Origin: Opitutales bacterium
Lineage (GTDB): Bacteria; Verrucomicrobiota; Verrucomicrobiia; Opitutales; UBA2987
Assembly (NCBI GenBank): GCA_965226885.1
Contig: CBDDEL010000016.1
Span: 864,001-928,000 of the forward strand
Direction of reading: 5' to 3'
Length of the DNA: 64,000 nt
Under the pieces are notes generated by a model, which did no database searches, was not told where the DNA came from, and was given only the letters and a program-made list of their open reading frames with translations. Positions 41,060 to 50,658 of this stretch are shown here, piece by piece. The translations under genes and the position numbers were made by a program. The first letter of the stretch is position 1. Each line of letters opens with the position of its first letter.

Positions 41060-41930
41060 AAAGTTTGGAATGTCGTTCGCCACACGCTCTTTCCAAGTGC
41101 TGGCATTGGGCGCTTTCGATTGCTCGGAAGCTGCCAGCTCCCCGACGCTATTCCACGCGGCAACACGCGATTGTCGGTCTCATAGCAGGACCGTCGCCCC
41201 AATTGCTCCGGACGATTCTCAAGTGAGGCCTCTCGGCAGGGTTCGACCCGTGTCTGCCGACACCGGTGCGCCCTACTTGGAGCAAAACGCCCTGCAATAG
41301 GCTTTCTGCTCCTTCTGCCCGAGGGTCGGCCCGCAGATGGCTCCGCGGCGTTGGCCCCCGGTTACGGGTCTGACCTCTTAGCTCTCAGGATACTTTTCGC
41401 ATTGCAGAGCGGTCGATGCGGTTTTTCACACCGCCCGCACTTTTTCGGAATTCACCAGGCTCAGCTTGCACTGATCCTCGTGCTCTCCCCGCCTCAAGGT
41501 GGCTTTTTCGTGCCTCCGGCGCTTGGCTTTCGGAGGCCTTGCGGCGAGTTTGCCCTCGCCAGTTCACCTTGATCGGACTGGTCTTCATGGTAGCATCCAC
41601 GGCCCGTTGCCCGGGTCACCTTGTCGTCCTTCCTGATGATGCAAGCATCCTCAAAACGAACTCACTCAGCTCGCCGCTGGAACCATTATTACAGCGGCTC
41701 ACTGCCGCGTTCCGCATTTCGTCAGGGCGCGAACCCCGGCGGCGGAACGGGTGGAATATGCCTCTTTCCCCATCGGCGAATCTCCCGAAAGAGTTCCTGT
41801 GATGGTTCCGAAGGAGTCAGGCCCACCAGTTCTGGCCCGACTTTTGCCCGGTTTCTCAACCGGGAGTATCTTGAGACTCTCCACCGCCTTGGTCCGAAAA
41901 CCCCGGCGGCGAATTGCCATATTTCTTCCA
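41060..41930 (-). ncRNA. Candidate large (~870 nt) highly structured non-coding RNA, class unassigned
   Basis: No credible CDS. Bounded by a promoter and a terminator. Dense local and nested helices with GNRA and UUCG loops on the minus strand. Confidence 0.7.
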
Positions 41931-41972
41931 AAGAACTGCCCATAAGATTGGACAGAAAAAAAGACTTGTCAA
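41926..41972 (-). promoter_or_regulatory. Sigma70-type promoter plus boxA-like element upstream of the putative ncRNA
   Basis: TTGACA (41972-41967), a 16-nt spacer, CAATCT, then GTTCTTTGGAA resembling rrn boxA. Confidence 0.55.
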
Positions 41973-42235
41973 ATAAAAAGTGTCCTAAAACACTGCAAAA
42001 GAACAAGTTGTGAATAAGTCGACTTTTCCATGTGAGCGTTTTGCGAACAACTGCGCATCCCTCCCAAACAGAGTCATTTAGAATTGAGGACAATCGCCCA
42101 CCCCCTATCGTGAATAACGCTTTAAACTTACCATCGCAAAAAAAAGTTTAAGTTTTTTTTATTTTTTTATTGTTTTTCCAAACAAGGATCACGTGCCATA
42201 ATCATGAGTTTCGGGATTTTAAAAATCTTAATCCA

Positions 42236-42472
42236 ATGACCCCTTTACGATTATTACTGGTTATTTGTTTTTTCCTCGTGGCATCCGTGCCCTGGTTTTA
42301 TGTCGGGGCTTCCAGTGTTTCCGATGAGGGATTGCCGAACTGGGCTTTGCATGGATTTGTAAGCATGTTTCTTTTCGCAATTTTCATCGCTTACGCATTG
42401 AAAAAATATTGGGCCTTAATGGCAGGAGATGAAGATAATCCGCAAATAGAGAAAGAAAATAATGACGGGTGA
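42236..42472 (+). CDS. Small two-TM membrane protein accompanying the sodium:solute symporter
   Basis: Hydrophobic SVPWFY...GLPNWA segments. Overlaps the symporter start. Confidence 0.7.
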   Translation: MTPLRLLLVICFFLVASVPWFYVGASSVSDEGLPNWALHGFVSMFLFAIFIAYALKKYWALMAGDEDNPQIEKENNDG

Positions 42473-43943
42473 TGCTGCCATACTGGACCGGGGCGGCATC
42501 CTGTTCGTGGGGAGTTACCTTTTCATCCTGATCGGTTTTGGCGTTTGGGGCCGATTTGCGCGTAAGGAGAAGAGCATGGATGATTTCTACCTGGGCGGTA
42601 GGAATTTCGGGCCTTTTGTCCTTTTGATGACACTTTTTGCGACTCAATACAGTGGAAATACGTTGATAGGCTATGCGGGACGGGCCTACCGGGATGGCTT
42701 TCAATTTATCATGGCCCCCATGTTTATGATGATGGTAATCGGTGGTTACCTCTTCTACGCCCCAAAGCTTTACCGGCTTTCGGCCAAAAAAAGGTATGTC
42801 ACCACATCCGATTTTCTACAGGATCGCTTTAATTACCGTCCGTTGTCTTTATGGGCCAGCGGATTGGGCATGGTTGCGTTATGCAACTACATTTTAACCA
42901 ACCTGCTGGCCATCGGGCTTTTGGTCGAGACCGCCTCAGGTGGGCGGTTTGTCATGTGGCAGGGCATTCTCGCCTTGTCCATTATCATGGTTTTATACGA
43001 AACACTGGGCGGCATGCGCAGCGTAGCCTGGACGGACGTGGTGCAAGGGATTCTTCTATTATCCGGCTGTGTGATTATATTTATATTCCTCAACCTCCAT
43101 TTCGACTCCTACAAAATTTTATCAGTCGATGTGAAAGCCAATTATCCAACCTTTTGGGATTCTCCCAACTGGAGGGAGAAGCTTGGTTGGTTGAGCACGC
43201 TTATTATGATCGGATTGGGGATATCGGTTTATCCCCATGCGGTGCAGAGGGTTTACGCCGCCCGCAGCGAAGCGACATTACGGAGTACGCTGCAGGTGAT
43301 GGCGTTCATGCCCATCGTGACCACTTTTTTCATTATTTATGTAGGTTGGATGGGTAGCGGCCTGCTGCCCGGACTGGAGAGCGACAGGGCTGCCACTGAT
43401 CGCATTTCTCTGCACATGATCCAATTGCTGGCGGTGGAAATTCCCCAGTTCAAGATTTTCATGGTGGTCTTCCTGGCGGCAATCATCGCCGCAATCATGT
43501 CCACAGTCGATTCCGCGCTTTTGAGTCTCTCCTCTTCGATGACCAAAGATTGGTATCAATTGATTAAACCAAAAACCTCCCAGGCCCAGCTGGCCATGGT
43601 GGGCAAAATCCTTTCCTGGATTCTAATGGGCGCCATGGCTTTGCTGGCAATACAGTCCGAAAGCACCATTTTTCGTTTGCTTGAGATCAAGCTGGAATTG
43701 CTACTGCAGGTGGTTCCGGCCATATATCTGGGAGTTCATACCAAAAAATTAAGCGGCCGGGCTGTATTTGCGGGTATGGTAGTCGGGACCGTCGTTACGG
43801 TTGTGTTTTTGGTGGCCCAAAAACTGGGCGCGCCGATTCCGGCCAAACCTTTGGGTATTTACGCAGGCGTCTGGGGATTTGGCCTGAACCTGACCGTGCT
43901 GGCGGCGGTGGCAAAATTTTCACCTGCGAAATTAACTCGATAA
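42462..43943 (+). CDS. Sodium:solute symporter (PanF/PutP-like)
   Basis: Motifs DDFYLGGR, ATQYSGNTLIG, GGMRSVAWTD and AAIMSTVDS. Confidence 0.92.
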   Translation: MTGDAAILDRGGILFVGSYLFILIGFGVWGRFARKEKSMDDFYLGGRNFGPFVLLMTLFATQYSGNTLIGYAGRAYRDGFQFIMAPMFMMMVIGGYLFYAPKLYRLSAKKRYVTTSDFLQDRFNYRPLSLWASGLGMVALCNYILTNLLAIGLLVETASGGRFVMWQGILALSIIMVLYETLGGMRSVAWTDVVQGILLLSGCVIIFIFLNLHFDSYKILSVDVKANYPTFWDSPNWREKLGWLSTLIMIGLGISVYPHAVQRVYAARSEATLRSTLQVMAFMPIVTTFFIIYVGWMGSGLLPGLESDRAATDRISLHMIQLLAVEIPQFKIFMVVFLAAIIAAIMSTVDSALLSLSSSMTKDWYQLIKPKTSQAQLAMVGKILSWILMGAMALLAIQSESTIFRLLEIKLELLLQVVPAIYLGVHTKKLSGRAVFAGMVVGTVVTVVFLVAQKLGAPIPAKPLGIYAGVWGFGLNLTVLAAVAKFSPAKLTR

Positions 43944-44068
43944 CTATAAAAATCCATTTTCAACATCGAGGGTCGAACCGCGGGCAGTCATCAATCCCGC
44001 GGAAATTATAATGATTTACACGAGAGGCTCATTGCCCAAAGTGAATTCCTGACAATTCTTGTTAAAGC

Positions 44069-44875
44069 ATGAGTTTTCTTAATCTGGAAAATAAAACATT
44101 CCTCGTATCCGGCGTCGCCAATCGCAAGAGCGTCGCCTACGCCATTGCCCGGATACTTGAGGAGGAAGGCGCCCGGGTTCTCTATTCCGTCCGCTCGGAA
44201 GAGCGGTTGCAGGCTCTGGAGCGTTTGCTGGAAGGGAAAACCGTATTCATTTGCGATGTGGAAGATCCCGGCCAGATCGACCGGCTGGCGAAACAAGTTG
44301 CCGAGCAATGCGATACAATTTCAGGCTTGGTCCATTCGATCGCTTTCGCCGATTTCAGTGAGGGCTTGAAGCCTTTTCACGAAACCAAAAGGGAAGCTTT
44401 TCTACAGTCCGTTTCCATCACCGCTTTCTCCCTGGTGGAGATGGCGAGGGCCTTCAAACCCTTGCTTGAGAAAAATGCTTCCGTTGTCACTATCGGCATT
44501 TCCTCGACACTGGTCACGGCGGAGAATTACGGCTACCTCTCCCCGGTGAAATCGGCCCTTGAAGGTTGTGTGCGAAATTTGGCGAAATCATTCAGCCAGG
44601 ATACCGAGGTGCGTTTTAACGCGGTGAACTCCGGACCGCTCAAAACCAGCGCATCGGCCGGAATTCCCGGTTACCTGGAAAATTATATCTTTGCCGAAAA
44701 GCTCACATTTCGCAAACGAGCCTTAACCACCCTCGAAGTTGCCAACACGGCGGTTTACCTGCTCAGTGAACGTTCCAGCGGAATCAATGGCCAGGGAATC
44801 ACGGTCAATGCAGGGATGGACCTCAATTACTTCGACAAGGAAGTCATTCGCCTGGCCATGCGGCCGGAAAAATAG
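44069..44875 (+). CDS. Enoyl-ACP reductase (FabI-like SDR)
   Basis: Motifs GVANRKSVAYAIA, VHSIAFA, YxxxxxxK and GPLKTSASAGI. Confidence 0.85.
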   Translation: MSFLNLENKTFLVSGVANRKSVAYAIARILEEEGARVLYSVRSEERLQALERLLEGKTVFICDVEDPGQIDRLAKQVAEQCDTISGLVHSIAFADFSEGLKPFHETKREAFLQSVSITAFSLVEMARAFKPLLEKNASVVTIGISSTLVTAENYGYLSPVKSALEGCVRNLAKSFSQDTEVRFNAVNSGPLKTSASAGIPGYLENYIFAEKLTFRKRALTTLEVANTAVYLLSERSSGINGQGITVNAGMDLNYFDKEVIRLAMRPEK

Positions 44876-44886
44876 GGTCTGCCGGG

Positions 44887-45921
44887 ATGCTTTTTGCGGA
44901 CGTTTGCATTGAATCCATAGCCTACTCGCTTCCTCCCGAGCGGTGGACTTCCGAGGATATTGAAAATAAACTGGCGCCTCTCTATGATCGTTTGAAATTG
45001 CCTTACGGGCGGTTGGAACTGATGACCGGCATTGTGGAGCGGCGATTTTGGGAGCGGCCCGTTTCGGCTTCCGAAGCAAGCGCGCTGGCTGCCGCCGAAG
45101 TTCTCAAAAAAACGAAACTGGAGAAGGGCGAGCTAGATTTGCTGGCCCATTCGGCGGTCTGCCGGGACCGTCTGGAACCGGCCACCGCAGCCTATGTTCA
45201 CCATCGTCTGGGACTGAGCGGAAGGACCCAGATTTTCGATATTTCCAACGCCTGCCTCGGTTTTCTCAATGCCCTGGTTCTGGCCGGGAGCATGATTGAT
45301 GGCGGACAAATCGACAGCGCCCTCATCGTGGCGGGCGAAAATGGCAAACCGCTGGTCGAAAACACCATTGAGCAGCTATTGAATCCGGCCCTGACCCGAA
45401 ATTCCACTAAACCCTTTTTCGCCAATTTGACCATCGGGGCAGGAGCTGTGGCGGCAGTGCTTTGCCGGGCTTCCAAGGTTGGCGGGGGCATTGGGCGTCT
45501 GACGGCGGGAGTCGTCGAGACCGACACGCGCCATAACGATCTTTGCGAGGGTGATTCCTCTGGAAACAACGCTCTGCAAATGCAAACCGATGCGGAAGAA
45601 CTGCTCAATGCGGGGATCGGCGTAGCCGAAAGGGCCTGGGAAAAATTCAAGGAAACCACAGGTTGGAATGAAGAAACTCCCGACCACGTCATTACTCACC
45701 AAGTGGGCCGGGCGCACCAGCGGCGTCTTTTCGAGGCTCTCAAATTGAATCCCGGAAAGGATTTTTCCACTTATGAGTTGCTGGGTAATATCGGTTCGGT
45801 CTCACTTCCCATCACCTTGGCTATGGCCCTGGATAAGGGGGTCGTGAAAGCCGATGACAAGGTGGCACTGCTCGGCATCGGCAGCGGTTTGAGCAGCATG
45901 ATGCTGGCCCTGCAAATATAG
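44887..45921 (+). CDS. oleA: OleA-type thiolase-fold condensing enzyme (olefin biosynthesis)
   Basis: Motifs RLELMTGIVERRFW, RDRLEPATA, DISNACLG, HQVG, GNIGSVSLP and LGIGSGL. Confidence 0.82.
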   Translation: MLFADVCIESIAYSLPPERWTSEDIENKLAPLYDRLKLPYGRLELMTGIVERRFWERPVSASEASALAAAEVLKKTKLEKGELDLLAHSAVCRDRLEPATAAYVHHRLGLSGRTQIFDISNACLGFLNALVLAGSMIDGGQIDSALIVAGENGKPLVENTIEQLLNPALTRNSTKPFFANLTIGAGAVAAVLCRASKVGGGIGRLTAGVVETDTRHNDLCEGDSSGNNALQMQTDAEELLNAGIGVAERAWEKFKETTGWNEETPDHVITHQVGRAHQRRLFEALKLNPGKDFSTYELLGNIGSVSLPITLAMALDKGVVKADDKVALLGIGSGLSSMMLALQI

Positions 45922-45934
45922 TTTTTCCGGTGAA

Positions 45935-46828
45935 ATGAAACCGCTCCCAAAATACCTCCGGGATATCTACCCGTTCGCAAGTCATTTTCTGGAGTTCGAT
46001 GGAACCCGCTTGCATTACCTGGATGAAGGCCAGGGGGAGGCGGTTTTGATGTTTCACGGCAATCCCACCTGGTCTTTTTATTATAGGAACCTGATCCTCG
46101 GCCTTAGGGACAGATTCCGCTGCATTGCGCCCGACCACATAGGGTGCGGCCTATCGGATAAGCCGCAGAGATATGCCTATCGTTTGAGCGATCACATTGA
46201 AAACTCCGTGCGTTTGGTCGAACACCTGAATCTGAGCCGTTTTCATATCATTGTTCACGATTGGGGTGGCCCCATCGGCTTAGGACTGGCCACAAGAATG
46301 CCGGAAAAAGTTGGATCGATAGTGGTCCTGAACACGGCCGCATTTTCTGCCACTGAGATGCCCCTGCCGCTAAAAATCTGTCGTTTGCCGCTACTTGGGT
46401 CGGTCCTTGTGCGCGGATGCAACCTATTCGCCCGCCCTGCCCTCAACATGGCCGTATGCAAGCCTATGAGTAAAGAGGTGAAGGCGGGTTATATTTTCCC
46501 TTACGATAGTTGGGAAAACCGCATTGCGACCTTGAGATTTGTGCAGGATATTCCCATCAATCCACAGCATCCCAGTTTTTCTGTGTTAAAGGAAATAGAG
46601 GGATCCCTGGAAAAACTGGCCGGCAAACCGATGCTTATTTGCTGGGGAATGAAGGACTTTGTCTTTACCGAAAAATTTCTCACAGAATGGATGCGCCATT
46701 TCCCCTCAGCCAAAGCACACCGGTTTGCCGAGGCCGGACACTACCTGCTCGAAGATGCGGGAGATGAGACGCTGGAGCTTGTCAAAGAGTTCTTGCCCGC
46801 CGGAATTAAAGACCGCGAGACCATTTGA
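45935..46828 (+). CDS. oleB: OleB-type alpha/beta hydrolase (haloalkane dehalogenase-like beta-lactone decarboxylase)
   Basis: Motifs HGNPTWSFYYR, DHIGCGLSDKP, VHDWGG, RFVQDIP and AGHYLLED. Directly follows oleA. Confidence 0.8.
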   Translation: MKPLPKYLRDIYPFASHFLEFDGTRLHYLDEGQGEAVLMFHGNPTWSFYYRNLILGLRDRFRCIAPDHIGCGLSDKPQRYAYRLSDHIENSVRLVEHLNLSRFHIIVHDWGGPIGLGLATRMPEKVGSIVVLNTAAFSATEMPLPLKICRLPLLGSVLVRGCNLFARPALNMAVCKPMSKEVKAGYIFPYDSWENRIATLRFVQDIPINPQHPSFSVLKEIEGSLEKLAGKPMLICWGMKDFVFTEKFLTEWMRHFPSAKAHRFAEAGHYLLEDAGDETLELVKEFLPAGIKDRETI

Positions 46829-46829
46829 T

Positions 46830-48365
46830 TCAATTTTCGGCCCGGCCATAAATTTCGGCATTTTCCTTGAGGTAGGTGGCGCTGTTCCGGCCCAGTCGGT
46901 CGAGTTGTTTGCGCGTAAACCGCCATTGCCAATTTCCCTGAGAAGTGCCGGGAGCATTCATGCGTGCCTCCGTGCTTAGGCTCAACAGGTCCTGCATCGG
47001 AATAATGGCCAGGCGACTGACCGAGCGGTAGGCCTCCCGGATCAAATCCCAGGAAATATCTTCCCCGTCGGCCCTCAGGTAAGTGCGCACCTGGTGCCTT
47101 GTTTCCTCAGAAGCCGCTTCGTACCAGCCGTGGGTCGTATCATTGTCGTGAGTCCCGGGATAGAGCACGCTGTTGGCTATAAGATTAAAGGGCAGGTAGG
47201 GATTCGATGCATTGCCGTCGAAGGCGAACTGCATCACGGCCATGCCGGGCAGCCCGGTTTGAGCCAGCAATTGGCGAACCTCTGGAGTAATTTCACCCAA
47301 ATCCTCTGCCATCAAACGGAAATCCGGAAATTGCTTTTTGATGGTCGAGAAAAAATCCAGGCCGGGCCCTTTCACCCACTTGCCGACCGTAGCGTCCTTC
47401 GCACCGGCGGGGATCGACCAGTAAGTCTCCAAACCCCGGAAGTGGTCGAAACGTACTATGTCGAACATTTCGAAGTTGCGGCCCAAACGGGCCATCCACC
47501 ATTTATAATCATTTTTTTTTAACATTTCCCAATCGTAAAGAGGATTGCCCCACAATTGGCCGGTGGCGGAAAAATAGTCGGGCGGCACTCCGGCCACAGC
47601 CTTGGGTTGGCCGCTTTTCTTGAGCTGAAAAATTTCCGGGTGGGACCACACGTCGGCGCTGTCGAGCGAGACGAACAGCGGTATGTCGCCGATGATCCCT
47701 ATGCCCCTCTCGTGGGCGTATTTCTTAACCAATTTCCATTGCCCGAAAAACAGGTATTGGGAAAACCGGCAAACTTCCATTGCCTCTCGCAGATTTTTCG
47801 TTTTGGCAGCCGATTGTGCTTTGGAATATGATCGCCACGGCGTCTCCCACTCGAACCAGGGCCGGCCGCCAAAATGTTCCTTCAAAGCCATAAAGAGGGC
47901 GTAGGTTTCCAGCCAGTCCGCATTGTCGGCCTTGAAATCTTCGTAAAGACCATAATTGGGCAAATAGGAAAGTTTTTTGCGGACAAAATTGCGTTGCACG
48001 AGGCGAAGGACCGGTCGGCTTTTTAGATACAATTCCCCGAAGTCAACCCTATCATCCGGCATGTCGAGCAAGGGCCGCAGGTGGTCCGGCTTTAACAAGT
48101 CAAAAGTCATCAACCCCTCGAGGTCGATCAGGTAGGGATTTCCGGCCAAGGCCGAAAAACACTGGTAAGGAGAATCGCCGAAACCGGTTGGCCCAAGCGG
48201 GCAAACCTGCCAGTATTTCATCCCAGCAGCAGCCAGAAAATCGACAAACCGGCAGGCCTCCAGCCCCAGCGTCCCTATGCCGTAATCGCCGGGCAAAGAT
48301 GTGGGATGCAGCAATACCCCCGCCCCCCGGGTATTAAGCCATGAAAATAAAGGCGCATTAAGCAT
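46830..48365 (-). CDS. malQ: 4-alpha-glucanotransferase (amylomaltase, GH77)
   Basis: Motifs GVLLHPTSLPG, GVPPDYFSATGQLWGNP, RFDHFRG, AEDLG and GTHDNDT. Confidence 0.95.
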   Translation of the reverse strand: MLNAPLFSWLNTRGAGVLLHPTSLPGDYGIGTLGLEACRFVDFLAAAGMKYWQVCPLGPTGFGDSPYQCFSALAGNPYLIDLEGLMTFDLLKPDHLRPLLDMPDDRVDFGELYLKSRPVLRLVQRNFVRKKLSYLPNYGLYEDFKADNADWLETYALFMALKEHFGGRPWFEWETPWRSYSKAQSAAKTKNLREAMEVCRFSQYLFFGQWKLVKKYAHERGIGIIGDIPLFVSLDSADVWSHPEIFQLKKSGQPKAVAGVPPDYFSATGQLWGNPLYDWEMLKKNDYKWWMARLGRNFEMFDIVRFDHFRGLETYWSIPAGAKDATVGKWVKGPGLDFFSTIKKQFPDFRLMAEDLGEITPEVRQLLAQTGLPGMAVMQFAFDGNASNPYLPFNLIANSVLYPGTHDNDTTHGWYEAASEETRHQVRTYLRADGEDISWDLIREAYRSVSRLAIIPMQDLLSLSTEARMNAPGTSQGNWQWRFTRKQLDRLGRNSATYLKENAEIYGRAEN

Positions 48366-48599
48366 CTCCCCTAGATAGGATTTTACGCATCCCCGGCAAG
48401 CGAAGAGAGTATTTAAATAAACCGGTACCCTTAAAAATGCTATTCCCGGCTCCAAGCGTCGAGGGAATGATCAAGTTCAAATTCCATTGACAGCCGGAAG
48501 TGGTTGACGGAAAATGACTCGTCACGACCCATTTGCGGGACAGTGGAAAATTTATTTGAACCGTTTAATAACACTCTAAAAAAACATATTCTTCTTTAT

Positions 48600-49928
48600 A
48601 TGAGTTCCCTTCTAATCGAAAACGCAACCCTGGCCACTTTGGGGGATAATAACCGGATCCTAACCGATCATTCCCTCTTGGTGGAAAATGACCTAATTGC
48701 CAGGATCGCTCCCTCGAATGAGATGCGGGGGCAAACCGCCGATACGGTTATCGATGCCAAGGGACAACTTGTTCTGCCGGGTTTCATCAATGCCCACACC
48801 CATTTTTACAGTGCTTTTGCCCGCGGCCTGGGCAAGGTTCCGCCTTCCAGGAATTTTGTGGAAGTGCTGGAAAACCTCTGGTGGCGGCTGGATCGATTAT
48901 TGACCCCGGAGGATTGCTACTACAGCGCCCTGGTCAGTTGCGTTGATGCCGTCAAGCACGGGACCACCACCTTGATCGACCACCACGCCAGCCAAGGCCA
49001 TGTGCGAGGCACCCTGCAATTAATTGAGAAGGCCGTAATGGAGACCGGTTTACGCGCATCCCTTTGCTTTGAGCTGACTGACCGGGACGGCCCCCAGGTG
49101 GCCCAGGACGGGATTGACGAGAATGTGGAATTCATCAAAGCCAACGGGAGCGGAAATTCCTCCCGTATCAAGGCCTTGTTCGGTCTTCATGCCGCATTCA
49201 CGATCAACGACCAGACAATGGAGAAAGCGGTTGCGGCGGCTCGCGAGCTTGGTGCCGGGTTTCACATTCACACCGCCGAGGATCAGGCGGATCAGGACCA
49301 CAGCCTGAAAAACCACAACATGCGGGTGGTCGAGAGACTGAACAAATTTGGCGTTCTGGGTCCGCAGACCATTTGCGCCCACTGCATCCATGTCGATGAA
49401 GCCGAAATGGACTTGCTGGCCGAAACGGATACCATCGGTATGCATTTGCCGCAGTCCAACCTCAATAACGCGGTGGGCGTGGCCGATGTCGTAAAACTTA
49501 TCGAAAAAGGAATTCTCTACGGCTTGGGGACGGATTCCATGACCAATAACATGCTGGAGGAAGCGCGTGTGGCTCTATGGGCTCAGCATATCAACAAATC
49601 CAATCCCAGCGTCGGGTTCATGGAGGTTTGGAACGCTCTTCTGGTCAACAATCGAAAAATCCTCAGTCGCTACTGGGATGAAAACATCGGCACGCTGGAA
49701 GTAGGCGCTTTGGCGGACATAGTACTCATGGATTACTATCCGCCGACTCCGTTAGATGAAAATTCCTTTGTCGGCCACATGTGTTTCGGGGTGGCCCATT
49801 CGTCGGTGCGCACCACCATTGCCGGAGGCCAGGTTCTCATGAAGGACCACCAACTTGTGGGCATCGACGAGGAACGCATAGCGGCCCGTGCACGGGAGCT
49901 TTCCGCGGCCCTCTGGGAACGCTTTTGA
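48600..49928 (+). CDS. ssnA: SsnA-like amidohydrolase
   Basis: Motifs PGFINAHTHFYSAFARG, LENLWWRLD, DHHAS, GLHAAFT and SNLNNAVG. Confidence 0.82.
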   Translation: MSSLLIENATLATLGDNNRILTDHSLLVENDLIARIAPSNEMRGQTADTVIDAKGQLVLPGFINAHTHFYSAFARGLGKVPPSRNFVEVLENLWWRLDRLLTPEDCYYSALVSCVDAVKHGTTTLIDHHASQGHVRGTLQLIEKAVMETGLRASLCFELTDRDGPQVAQDGIDENVEFIKANGSGNSSRIKALFGLHAAFTINDQTMEKAVAAARELGAGFHIHTAEDQADQDHSLKNHNMRVVERLNKFGVLGPQTICAHCIHVDEAEMDLLAETDTIGMHLPQSNLNNAVGVADVVKLIEKGILYGLGTDSMTNNMLEEARVALWAQHINKSNPSVGFMEVWNALLVNNRKILSRYWDENIGTLEVGALADIVLMDYYPPTPLDENSFVGHMCFGVAHSSVRTTIAGGQVLMKDHQLVGIDEERIAARARELSAALWERF

Positions 49929-49959
49929 AGACCCTTCTTTTTTTATTTATTTTATACGA

Positions 49960-50625
49960 ATGACCGAAATCCAATTCCCTCTCATCATGCTTGCGGCCGG
50001 TAAGTCGTCGCGCATGGGTGAGCCCAAGGGGTTGGTCAGCGTGGGGAAACGATCACGACCTTGGATCGAGATCCAGTTGCGGCGGTTTGCCCAGGCCGGG
50101 GGGAGTAGAGCGGTGGTTGTTCTTGGTTATAACCGGGAAAAATATGCCGAAAAACTACCCTGGTTGTGGGGAGACAGAATTCAGGCGGTGGAAACCGGCC
50201 TGCCTGGCATATATCCGGTTGTAAATCCAAAACCTGAGAGAGGTCCATTTTCATCCCTCATGGAGGGGTGGCATTTATTGCGAAAAAAGCGGCCTGGATC
50301 GCCAGCCTATATCTTGCCGGTGGATGTGCCTTGCCCGCTGGGAAACGTATTTCAGGCCTTAAGCAATGCCCTTGAACCGGGCATTGAAGTCTGCGTTCCG
50401 TTTTGCCAGAACCGCGGGGGCCATCCGGTTTTGGCGACCTCTTCCTTTATGGAAAAATTAGACTCATTACCCATCACGGACCCGAATTCCCGTTTGGATT
50501 GGCAAATAAAAACCCTGGCCCCTGAAAGCATATGCAATGTCCCGGTCGAGGAAAAACTTGTCCTCTTGAACATGAATCGAAAAGAAGATTTCCTGGCCGC
50601 AGGGTGCTGGATCGAAGAGCTTTAA
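49960..50625 (+). CDS. MocA/YgfJ-like NTP transferase (Mo-cofactor nucleotidyltransferase family)
   Basis: Motifs LAAGKSSRMGEPKGL, PVDVP and RGGHPVL. Confidence 0.8.
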   Translation: MTEIQFPLIMLAAGKSSRMGEPKGLVSVGKRSRPWIEIQLRRFAQAGGSRAVVVLGYNREKYAEKLPWLWGDRIQAVETGLPGIYPVVNPKPERGPFSSLMEGWHLLRKKRPGSPAYILPVDVPCPLGNVFQALSNALEPGIEVCVPFCQNRGGHPVLATSSFMEKLDSLPITDPNSRLDWQIKTLAPESICNVPVEEKLVLLNMNRKEDFLAAGCWIEEL

Positions 50626-50658
50626 AATAAAAATGAAAGTGAAAGGAAATACAATAAC

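Noticed and set aside
41060..41930. RNase P RNA, tmRNA, rRNA or group II intron identity for the structured region
   Set aside because: I saw no GAGGAAAGTCC (RNase P), no tRNA-like ends or tag ORF (tmRNA), no universal rRNA motifs, and no domain V or RT ORF (group II). This was judged by eye only.
40870..42093. Many 60-130 aa ORFs in the ORF track on both strands
   Set aside because: They overlap each other, are Arg/Pro/Ser/Gly-rich and lack recognisable domains. The region is better explained as structured RNA.
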